Shown here: positions 42,535 to 50,645 of the stretch, piece by piece
How positions within the stretch are numbered: the stretch's first letter is position 1
Layout: every line of letters starts with the position of its first letter
Notes under the pieces: model-generated
The model's database searches: none
Seen by the model: the letters and a program-made list of their open reading frames with translations, nothing else
What the model was told of the DNA's origin: nothing
Source of the DNA: an uncultured Gammaproteobacteria bacterium
GTDB lineage: Bacteria > Patescibacteriota > Patescibacteriia > Patescibacteriales > WJLG01
Length of the DNA stretch: 54,050 nt
NCBI GenBank assembly: GCA_964547855.1
Contig: CAZJPG010000004.1
Span: forward strand, 1-54,050
Reading direction: 5' to 3'
Program-made: the position numbers and the translations under genes

Positions 42535-43917
42535 GTGCTTGAATACCTTGATAAATTCACTAAGTTGCCGGCAGATATTCAACAGAAGGCTTCCAGCCAG
42601 GAGGTCCTTTTAGCGTTAGATGAGTTATCTTCTCGCTATAATGTCGATCTAGCATCCTTTGTCATGAGGGTGATGGTCGGCGATTTGATGTATCGCAATA
42701 TGCTGGCTAGCTTGATCAAGGAATTCGACATGGAGCTCGATCAAGCCGAATTGCTGGAGGCCGAGCTTCGTGATCGTGTCTTTAAGAAGGTACAGGATTA
42801 TTTGCTTGGCACAGCCAAGCCAGAGCCAGCCACTGAAGAAGAAATTAAGGAAGTCGAAACTGTCGTCGAAAAGGCCGAGAAAGAGGAAATAAATATTAAA
42901 AAGTTGCCAGAAGGTGAGGAAGAGAAGCTTTTAATGGCCCCTAAAAATGATCTAGATGAAAAGAAAGTAAAAAGTGTTCCGGTTGAAAAACCGTTAGTCG
43001 CCGAAGAAGAGAAAGAGATAACTGAAATTAAGAAAAAAATGCCAGTTGGCCAAGAAACCGAGGCCGACAGGTATTCCCGCGTAGCGGCTGATGTCCTTGA
43101 GGAGTCTGGCCTTAATATGCCAAGCGAAGGATTGAATTTGCGTTTCAAGCAGATAATGATCACATATCTTAAGGGTATACGTACGAAGATCGAGACCAGA
43201 GAGACGATGACTAAACCAGTTATAAGTGGTGGTCTTAATCTTGATAATCCGGAAGTAGAGAGAATTATCGCTATTGCCAATAAAAAATTAGCTGAAGAGA
43301 ATAAGAGGGCTCCTTTGGGAAAAGTTAAAATAGAGGAAGGCCCATCAGGATTCGTCTTTAAGAAAGAAGAAATAGCCGAAGCCTTGGGTAAAGTTCCTCC
43401 AAAACCTAAGGATGAAAAAGGAATGACCATGACTGGCGAGGAATATGATTTGGCAGCAGAGATAAAGAAGGGTAATGTTTCCGCTTCAGCGTCAGCTTCC
43501 GCGTCGACCCCAAAACAACAACCAGAGACCACACAAAGGAAGGCGAAGGTAGTCGGTGGAAAAAAGGCCATGGACGATATCAAGACGCCGCAGATAATGA
43601 GTCCGATAGACGAACTGGCCTATATGGATCTTGTCACCTTCCGTCGATTAGATAGTGACCCAGTGCGACGTTGTAAAAAGATAGAGGATAAAATCGGTCT
43701 TTTGGCCAAGGAGGGCATCGATCGCCAGCTTGAAGGTATCAAAGCCTGGCGCTTGAATCCGGTAAATAAAACTTACATATCAATGGGTCAGGATAGTATA
43801 ACGCAAGGCAAGGGGATTGATGATATAATAGTTGACCTTAAGAACAAAGGCTTTAATTATCTGACTAGGGTCGAATTCGAGGCGATAATGGATCTTAATA
43901 ATAGATTGCGATTTTAA
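42535..43917 (+). CDS. Hypothetical protein
   Basis: GTG start; N-terminus KFTKLPADI..KASS.E; low-complexity linker; stop overlaps the prgI ATG. Confidence 0.75.
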   Translation: MLEYLDKFTKLPADIQQKASSQEVLLALDELSSRYNVDLASFVMRVMVGDLMYRNMLASLIKEFDMELDQAELLEAELRDRVFKKVQDYLLGTAKPEPATEEEIKEVETVVEKAEKEEINIKKLPEGEEEKLLMAPKNDLDEKKVKSVPVEKPLVAEEEKEITEIKKKMPVGQETEADRYSRVAADVLEESGLNMPSEGLNLRFKQIMITYLKGIRTKIETRETMTKPVISGGLNLDNPEVERIIAIANKKLAEENKRAPLGKVKIEEGPSGFVFKKEEIAEALGKVPPKPKDEKGMTMTGEEYDLAAEIKKGNVSASASASASTPKQQPETTQRKAKVVGGKKAMDDIKTPQIMSPIDELAYMDLVTFRRLDSDPVRRCKKIEDKIGLLAKEGIDRQLEGIKAWRLNPVNKTYISMGQDSITQGKGIDDIIVDLKNKGFNYLTRVEFEAIMDLNNRLRF

Positions 43918-44372
43918 TGCAAATGTTCACTGTTCCGCAGTTCATAGACGCGGAAGACAAAATAATAGGAGCGATGACGGTTAGGCAATTCGTTATTTGC
44001 CTAGCTGGTGTGGCCGTGATCGGAATTGGTTGGAAAATATTCGATTTTTCTTTGTTTGTCGTTTGGGGTATTGGTAATTTAGCGGTGTTTGGAGCTTTTG
44101 CTTTTGTTAAAGTCAATGGTCGCCCTTTTCATTATTTTGTGTTGAATGTGGTCCAGACATCAAAAAAACCACGCTTAAGAGTTTGGAATCATAGAAATCC
44201 TTTGAAGGACGTGGTGTCTTCGGAGGACGACAAGGGAGAGGCCGTTCACACTGCAGCCAAGGTCGTTCCAGTGAAGCCTCATCCAGCGGGGTCGCGTTTG
44301 AGAGAACTTTCTTTGATCGCCGACACCAAGGGTGCCTATAAGGGTGGAGAGGGCGAAGAGATAGTCGAATAA
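43917..44372 (+). CDS. PrgI-family (VirB3-like) protein
   Basis: F.VPQFIDAEDKIIG.MTVRQF, two TMs, K.NGRPF. Confidence 0.85.
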   Translation: MQMFTVPQFIDAEDKIIGAMTVRQFVICLAGVAVIGIGWKIFDFSLFVVWGIGNLAVFGAFAFVKVNGRPFHYFVLNVVQTSKKPRLRVWNHRNPLKDVVSSEDDKGEAVHTAAKVVPVKPHPAGSRLRELSLIADTKGAYKGGEGEEIVE

Positions 44373-44405
44373 TTTAAAAAAGGAAAGTCAAATTATATTG
44401 TTTCT

Positions 44406-45092
44406 ATGGCAGAAAGGAAAAATGAACTAGCAAAGGGGAGAATAAGCGTTTCGACGCAGCAGTTTTTGGATATCGCTGAGATTAAGGACGATACAGTGGT
44501 TATGCGCGACGGTACGGTGCGTGCCGTTCTTTTGGTCTCTAGTATTAATTTTGCCTTGAAGAGCGAAGAAGAACAGGATGCTATTGTCGGATCGTATGTT
44601 GGTTTTTTGAATAATATAAATTTTCCCGTGCAAATAGTCATTCAGTCGCGTCGTTTGAATATAGATAACTACATAAACGAACTAAAGAAGAAAGAAAAGG
44701 AACAGACTAACGAACTCCTCAAGATGCAGACGACTGAGTATATAAATTACATACAAGAGATCGTTCAGCTCGGCGACATCATGAGCAAGAGTTTCTATAT
44801 CGTCATTCCGTACAATCCATTGTCTGATAAGCACAAAGGATTTTTTGCCTCCATGCAAGAAGTCTTCAAGCCAGCTTCGGTCGTAAGGATGAAAGGCAAG
44901 CGTTTCGAGCGTTATAAGTCAGAGCTACAGCGCCGTCTTGAGAGTATCCAATCTGGCATGCAGTCCGCAGGATTAAAGACGGTTCGCTTGGATACCCAGG
45001 GTTTAATAGAGCTTTATTATACGACCTATAATCCCGATACGGCTGAAAACCAAAAGCTGACCGATATAAAGAATTTAAGGGTAGTAGGTTAA
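44406..45092 (+). CDS. T4SS-associated protein (TraC/VirB4 N-terminal-like)
   Basis: STQQFLDIAEIKD, VSSINF.LKSEEEQ, FLN..NFP.QIVIQSR; lies between prgI and the ATPase. Confidence 0.65.
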   Translation: MAERKNELAKGRISVSTQQFLDIAEIKDDTVVMRDGTVRAVLLVSSINFALKSEEEQDAIVGSYVGFLNNINFPVQIVIQSRRLNIDNYINELKKKEKEQTNELLKMQTTEYINYIQEIVQLGDIMSKSFYIVIPYNPLSDKHKGFFASMQEVFKPASVVRMKGKRFERYKSELQRRLESIQSGMQSAGLKTVRLDTQGLIELYYTTYNPDTAENQKLTDIKNLRVVG

Positions 45093-45126
45093 ATATAGGC
45101 GTTACGCTTTTTGCGTTACGTGTTAT

Positions 45127-47037
45127 GTGATTATGATAGATTTAAAAAAGGCCAATTTAGAACAGAAAAAACCGGTCAAAGATGAAGACGACGTAGAACT
45201 ACCTGAAAAGGAGAATGTGATGTATGTCGAGGAGTTAATCGAAGAGGAGCGGGCTTTTAGGCGTGGAGTTTTATCGATCATCGATCTGATCTCTCCGGCG
45301 GCCATGGAAGTCACCCCGGATCATATTCGCCTGGGCGGCAAATTCGTACGCACGCTTTTTATTATTGGTTATCCGAGATATATCAGTGTCGGGTGGTTCG
45401 CGCCAATAATAAATATGAATGAAGTCTTTGATGTATCTATGTTCTTCTACCCGGTCAAGACCTCTATAATATTGAAACAGCTTAAGAAAAAAGTCGGCGC
45501 CTTGGAAGCGCAGATCATCGGTGACGCCGAAAAAGGAGCTGCTCGCGATCCATTGGCCGAGACCGCTTTGAAAGATATTGAATATTTGCGCGATGCCTTG
45601 ACTCAGGGCATAGAGAAATTTTTTCAATTTTCTCTATACGTGAGCCTTTACGCCGATACCAAGGAAGACCTCGATAAATTTTCCGATCGAGTCGAGGATA
45701 TATTCGGTTCAAGATTGGTGTACTCGAAAAAAGTTTTCTTTCAATCGGAGCAAGGATTTAATTCTACAGTCCCATTGTGCAACGATGAATTGTACATAAC
45801 TTTCAACATGAATTCCTCTCCGGCAGCCTCGTCCTTTCCATTCATTTCGTCCGACCTAACCTCTGATCATGGTATTCTTTACGGAATAAATCGCCACAAT
45901 AATAGCTTGATATTGTTTGATCGCTTCTCTTTGCAGAATGCCAATACACTTGTCTTCGCTACTTCTGGTGCTGGTAAAAGTTACTGTATAAAATTAGAGA
46001 TATTACGTTCCCTTATGATGGGTGCTGACGTTATAGTCATTGATCCGGAATATGAGTATAAACATTTATGCGAATCCGTCGGTGGAACGTATATCAACAT
46101 TTCGCTATCCAGTGAAGAGAAGATAAATCCTTTCGATCTGCCTCGCTCCATGGGTGGCAAATCGAAACCGGGAGATATTATCCGCGGTGCCGTTATTACT
46201 GTTAAAGGTTTGGTGAAGTTGATGCTTGGCAGTCTTGATCATACCGAAGATTCGATCGTTGATCGCGCTTTATTGGAGACATATGCCAAGAAAGACATTA
46301 CTCCAGACGCCGATCTGTCCAATGTCGAGCCGCCGATAATGTCGGACTTTCAAGAGGTCTTAGAGGGTATCGAAGGCGGGTCTGATTTGGCGCAGAGATT
46401 AAAGAAATACACCGAAGGAACTTTCGCTGGTATTCTGAACTATCCGACTAATGTCAAAATGAACAATCAGCTCGTCTGTTTCTCGGTTCGCGACTTGGAG
46501 GACGAATTAAGACCTTTGGCTATTTATACTATAGTCAATTATATTTGGAATATAGTTCGTTCTGAGCTCAAGAAGAGGATATTGGTTATCGATGAGGCTT
46601 GGTGGTTGATGCAGAGCGAGGATAGTGCCAAGTTCATTTATGCGCTAGTCAAGCGTTGTCGTAAATATTATCTCGGTGTCACTACGATCACTCAAGACGT
46701 CAACGACTTTTTGTGTTCGCCTTATGGTCAAGCCATAGTCACCAACTCATCCTTGCAAATGTTGCTGAAGCAGTCTCCGGCCGCCATAGATCTGATTCAA
46801 AAGACCTTTGCTTTGACCGAGGGTGAGAAATATTTATTACTAGAATCCGGAGTCGGCGAAGGAATAATGTTTGCTGGCAATAAGCACGCTGCTATTAAAA
46901 TCGTCGCTTCTTATACGGAAGACCAGCTCATAACTACCGACCCCAGGCAGTTATTGGAGATCGAGGAAGCTAAGAAGGAGTTCGCCGCTTCACAGGACCA
47001 AGGAGAGGGTACACCGGTTTTGGATATGCCTATTTAA
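45127..47037 (+). CDS. VirB4-like T4SS ATPase
   Basis: Walker A ATSGAGKS, IDPEYEY, INPFD, Walker B LVIDEAW, RKY..G..TITQD.NDF. Confidence 0.9.
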   Translation: MIMIDLKKANLEQKKPVKDEDDVELPEKENVMYVEELIEEERAFRRGVLSIIDLISPAAMEVTPDHIRLGGKFVRTLFIIGYPRYISVGWFAPIINMNEVFDVSMFFYPVKTSIILKQLKKKVGALEAQIIGDAEKGAARDPLAETALKDIEYLRDALTQGIEKFFQFSLYVSLYADTKEDLDKFSDRVEDIFGSRLVYSKKVFFQSEQGFNSTVPLCNDELYITFNMNSSPAASSFPFISSDLTSDHGILYGINRHNNSLILFDRFSLQNANTLVFATSGAGKSYCIKLEILRSLMMGADVIVIDPEYEYKHLCESVGGTYINISLSSEEKINPFDLPRSMGGKSKPGDIIRGAVITVKGLVKLMLGSLDHTEDSIVDRALLETYAKKDITPDADLSNVEPPIMSDFQEVLEGIEGGSDLAQRLKKYTEGTFAGILNYPTNVKMNNQLVCFSVRDLEDELRPLAIYTIVNYIWNIVRSELKKRILVIDEAWWLMQSEDSAKFIYALVKRCRKYYLGVTTITQDVNDFLCSPYGQAIVTNSSLQMLLKQSPAAIDLIQKTFALTEGEKYLLLESGVGEGIMFAGNKHAAIKIVASYTEDQLITTDPRQLLEIEEAKKEFAASQDQGEGTPVLDMPI

Positions 47038-47072
47038 TTCGATAAAAGAATTAGAAATTAAAAGTTAAAAAT

Positions 47073-47717
47073 ATGGAAGAAAAAGAGAAGGATAGTAAAA
47101 AAGTCCTTATAGCGCTAATAATAATCGTCTTATTGTTGTTAGCCGCATTAGTTTGGTTCCTGTTCTTCTTTAAGTGGCCGAAGAAAGCCGAGACGACCCA
47201 GCAACCAAGCACCGAACAAACGACCCAACAAATCGATGTGGTCAATGATACGGTCGCCACTTCGGTAAAACAGCTTGAGATAGTTGTAGATAAAGACGCT
47301 CAAGCTCCTGATCAGAAAGACGTAGAGGAGACTAATCTGGAAAAGCTCGCTTCTTTGTTCGCTGAACGTCTCGGGAGTTATTCCAATCAGTCGGAATACG
47401 GGAATCTCGTTGACCTTAAAGTCTTCATGACCGAAAGCATGAGTGGTTGGGCCGATAGCTACATAGCCAAGGCTAAGGCTGAATCTAATTATGACGGCGT
47501 GTATCGCGGCGTCATGACTCGCGCCATATCGGCAGAGATATCCGATTTAAATGATTCCAGCGGCACGGCTAAAGCGGTGGTCCATACTCAAAAAGTAGAA
47601 TCTTCAGATGTGTCCGATAATGTAGTTTATTATGAGGACTTGTCGATCGGTTTTAAGAAAGAAGGACCGGTTTGGTTGGTGGACGATGCTAGATGGCTAG
47701 GCAAGAAGAGCAATTGA
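47073..47717 (+). CDS. Single-TM protein, possibly VirB8/TcpC-like (NTF2 fold)
   Basis: N-terminal TM, Thr/Gln linker, FAERLGSYSNQ helix followed by beta strands ending WLVDDARW. Confidence 0.55.
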   Translation: MEEKEKDSKKVLIALIIIVLLLLAALVWFLFFFKWPKKAETTQQPSTEQTTQQIDVVNDTVATSVKQLEIVVDKDAQAPDQKDVEETNLEKLASLFAERLGSYSNQSEYGNLVDLKVFMTESMSGWADSYIAKAKAESNYDGVYRGVMTRAISAEISDLNDSSGTAKAVVHTQKVESSDVSDNVVYYEDLSIGFKKEGPVWLVDDARWLGKKSN

Positions 47718-47720
47718 TAG

Positions 47721-48464
47721 ATGTTTTTTATGAGTAAGGCCTCTAAACCAAAAAATAAATTTTTCAATAATTTGTTTGTGGTCGTGTCTATAGCGGCCTT
47801 GCTTGTTGTCATGGCTACGTTTTCTTTTTTGTTGAGACAGTTGCGATATCCTGTTGCCAAGGAACTGATCTCAGAATCATATTATTCGCCTAGCGTTCCA
47901 GTGAGAACGGAGACCGACGATCCGTTTATAACCAAGGGCGAGGCGGCTAAGGAATTATTACTTAGTCCAGTGGTAGATGGGCGCGATCCGCAGATCGGTC
48001 CGGACGATGCTAAGATCACAATAGTCGAATTCTCTGATTTTTCTTGTGATGTCTGTGCTCAACAAGAAGAGGTGATAAAGGAGGTCATGGAAAAATATAA
48101 GGACCAAATAAAGCTGGTTTGGAAGGATTTACCGGATGTCGATACTTTGTCATATGAGGCGGCCGTAGCCGCTCGTTGTGCTGGAGAACAAGGAAAATTT
48201 TGGCAAGTTCATGATTTTTTATTTTCTGATCCAGGAGCATTCTCCGCTTCTTTGTCTGACGTATCGGACAAGACCGGTTTGAACTCTTCTGATTTCTCGT
48301 CATGTTTTTCGTCTGGAAGGCATGATAGTGATATAAAAAGGAATATGGAAGAGGCTAGTGCCTTGCGCATTCCTGGTGTACCTTTCTTTTTTGTCGGCGA
48401 TCAGGAATATTTAGGCTCCATAGATAAGGAGGATTTAGAAAGAATTATAGAAAAGGGCCTTTAG
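47721..48464 (+). CDS. Membrane-anchored DsbA-family oxidoreductase
   Basis: EFSDFSCDVC, GKFWQVHD.LF, GVPFFF. Confidence 0.88.
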   Translation: MFFMSKASKPKNKFFNNLFVVVSIAALLVVMATFSFLLRQLRYPVAKELISESYYSPSVPVRTETDDPFITKGEAAKELLLSPVVDGRDPQIGPDDAKITIVEFSDFSCDVCAQQEEVIKEVMEKYKDQIKLVWKDLPDVDTLSYEAAVAARCAGEQGKFWQVHDFLFSDPGAFSASLSDVSDKTGLNSSDFSSCFSSGRHDSDIKRNMEEASALRIPGVPFFFVGDQEYLGSIDKEDLERIIEKGL

Positions 48465-48483
48465 GGAGGAGGCCGCCATTATT

Positions 48484-49830
48484 ATGAGCGGTAAGATAAA
48501 AACAATATATACTTGCGGCAAATGCGGCGCCCAAACTCCAAAATGGAGCGGGCGCTGTTTGGAATGCGGCGCCTGGGGATCATTGACCGAAGAAATGGTC
48601 AGTGGGGATGATTTGAAAAAGGCACAGGACTCTAAGATCCCAGCCGCTTCGCTTATCGATTTGTCTAAAACTGAAAATTCCCATCTTTCCAGGCATAAAA
48701 CTGGTATCGGAGAGCTTGATCGTGTTTTGGGCGGTGGATTGGTCGCTGGCTCTTTAATCCTTTTGGGTGGTGAGCCGGGAATCGGTAAATCCACCATAGT
48801 CGCTCAAATCGCCGATCGTCTTTCTGGTGGGAAAGATAAGATAGTCTATGTTTCTGGCGAGGAATCGGCTGGACAAGTTAAGGGCAGACTTGAGCGTTTG
48901 AAGTGTGATTTGGGGCATATAGCTTTTATCTCTGAGACAAGTACGGAAAAGATTTGTTCTGCAGTCAGACAGGAGAGGCCTCTTTTGGCTATCATCGACT
49001 CTATACAGACGGTTTCCACTGCCGAAGTCGAGTCCGAGGCTGGTTCATTAGCGCAGATCAGGGCTTCGGCCGCAAAATTTTTGGAAGTGGCAAAAAAAGA
49101 CGGAATAGCAGTTTTAATGATCGGTCACATCACCAAGGATGGTCAGATCGCCGGACCAAAATCACTAGAGCACATCGTTGATGTCGTCATATATCTCGAA
49201 GCCGATACAGGCGGTGATTATCGCGTCTTGCGCGCGGCCAAGAATCGTTTTGGGTCGGTCAACGAGCTTGGCGTTTTTGAGATGACCGGCGAAGGATTGA
49301 AAGAAATAAAGAATCCATCCTTGATATTTTTAGATAAGGAATCGGAGAACATATCTGGCTCGGCTATAAGCTCGATAATGGAGGGGACTAGGCCGTTTTT
49401 GGTCAACATTCAGGCCCTGGTCACTAAAACGGTCTTCGGTTATCCGCAACGCAGATCTTCTGGCTTTGATTTGAATCGTTTGCAGGTTTTATCGGCCGTG
49501 TTAACCAAAAAGACGAAGTTTAATTTGACCAATCAAGATGTGATAATAAACGTGGTCGGTGGGCTTAAAGCTGCTGACCCGGCCATGGATTTGGCGGTTT
49601 GCCAGGCGATCATAACTTCCATTCTTAATCAAGCATCGAATAAGAAAACTTTAGTTTTGGGCGAGGTCGGTTTAGGGGGTGAAGTTAGAAACGTCGCGAA
49701 GCTCGAGGCCAGATTAAAAGAAGCTGCGTCCTTGGGGTTTGAACGAGCATTGATTCCTAATGTCGATGTTAAAGTCGATGGGTTGGAATTAAAGAAAATA
49801 AAGAACGTTTCGGAATTATTGGAAATTTGA
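48484..49830 (+). CDS. radA: DNA repair protein RadA/Sms
   Basis: C4 Zn finger, GGEPGIGKST, IDSIQT, KNRFG, EGTRP, GEVGLGGE. Confidence 0.96.
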   Translation: MSGKIKTIYTCGKCGAQTPKWSGRCLECGAWGSLTEEMVSGDDLKKAQDSKIPAASLIDLSKTENSHLSRHKTGIGELDRVLGGGLVAGSLILLGGEPGIGKSTIVAQIADRLSGGKDKIVYVSGEESAGQVKGRLERLKCDLGHIAFISETSTEKICSAVRQERPLLAIIDSIQTVSTAEVESEAGSLAQIRASAAKFLEVAKKDGIAVLMIGHITKDGQIAGPKSLEHIVDVVIYLEADTGGDYRVLRAAKNRFGSVNELGVFEMTGEGLKEIKNPSLIFLDKESENISGSAISSIMEGTRPFLVNIQALVTKTVFGYPQRRSSGFDLNRLQVLSAVLTKKTKFNLTNQDVIINVVGGLKAADPAMDLAVCQAIITSILNQASNKKTLVLGEVGLGGEVRNVAKLEARLKEAASLGFERALIPNVDVKVDGLELKKIKNVSELLEI

Positions 49831-49901
49831 CAATAATATAAAATATTGGTATTAGTATAATATCCATTAATGCTGTGCACCAACTTTGAAGGAGGTAAGT
49901 T

Positions 49902-50186
49902 TTGGACGTAAGGATACTTATTCCAAGAAACAGCGATGTGGCTAAAGCCGGTTTTCGCGGCCTATATTTTTTAAAGAAGGCCATGGTTCGCTGCCATTTT
50001 AATTTTCAGGAGCGCACATTGGAAGACGACCAGTTTCAAACCGAACTATTAGTCAGTCAGGGGACTGATAAAAAGTCGTGGCCGCCGCAGTTGTTCTTTG
50101 ACTTTCCAAATTGCAGCATGCTAGCTGATATGTTCGGTGTGGTGGTGAAAGTTGATGATATACAATTTTTGCCAACAATAGCCTAG
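49902..50186 (+). CDS. Small hypothetical protein
   Basis: AAGGAGG SD before the TTG start; followed by a terminator. Confidence 0.6.
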   Translation: MDVRILIPRNSDVAKAGFRGLYFLKKAMVRCHFNFQERTLEDDQFQTELLVSQGTDKKSWPPQLFFDFPNCSMLADMFGVVVKVDDIQFLPTIA

Positions 50187-50206
50187 TATTGGCTTATTTT
50201 ATGGTT

Positions 50207-50235
50207 CGGCTTTCTTTCTCTGGAAAGCCGTTTTT
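50207..50235 (+). terminator. Intrinsic terminator
   Basis: cggctttc/gaaagccg followed by T5. Confidence 0.75.
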
Positions 50236-50237
50236 AT

Positions 50238-50266
50238 TTGACATAGACCTATATTTATGATATAAT
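50238..50266 (+). promoter_or_regulatory. Consensus sigma70 promoter
   Basis: TTGACA-17 bp-TATAAT with TG extension. Confidence 0.85.
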
Positions 50267-50323
50267 ATAAATATAGAGAATAATGACAAAATAGAACCTT
50301 AAATAACCCTTAGGAGGTATTAC

Positions 50324-50569
50324 ATGTATGCTGTTGCGAATGCAGTACCAAGCCCAATGATGGGAAGAATGAAGAGACCTGCCATGGTGAAACGTGTGTT
50401 TGCTTTTTTTAAAAAAGCACTTAATAATTTCGCCAGAATCGTTGTCGGCATCGTCGCTTGTTGCGGCTTCTTCTATCTTCTCGGCATTGCTGTTCTTTCC
50501 CTTCCCAACACTGCCCCCGGCCTTCTTAATGGCTGGATCCATTTCCCGCTCCACATACTCGGCTTCTAA
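50324..50569 (+). CDS. Small membrane protein
   Basis: Consensus promoter plus AGGAGG SD; basic amphipathic N-terminus then a TM segment. Confidence 0.7.
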   Translation: MYAVANAVPSPMMGRMKRPAMVKRVFAFFKKALNNFARIVVGIVACCGFFYLLGIAVLSLPNTAPGLLNGWIHFPLHILGF

Positions 50570-50590
50570 GAAGCCATTAGCTCCCAAGCT

Positions 50591-50635
50591 AAAAATCAAA
50601 GCCCCGCCTTCCATTATGGACGGCGGGGATTTTTT
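50591..50635. terminator. Bidirectional terminator
   Basis: ccccgcc/ggcgggg stem between the convergent small gene and recG. Confidence 0.75.
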
Positions 50636-50645
50636 AAAATCATCT

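Noticed and set aside
38165-48464. Integrative conjugative element or prophage
   Set aside because: No integrase, relaxase, coupling protein, att sites or phage structural genes; the block is continuous with radA
50255-50614. Minus-strand 119-aa ORF
   Set aside because: It is antisense to a plus-strand ORF that has a consensus promoter and SD
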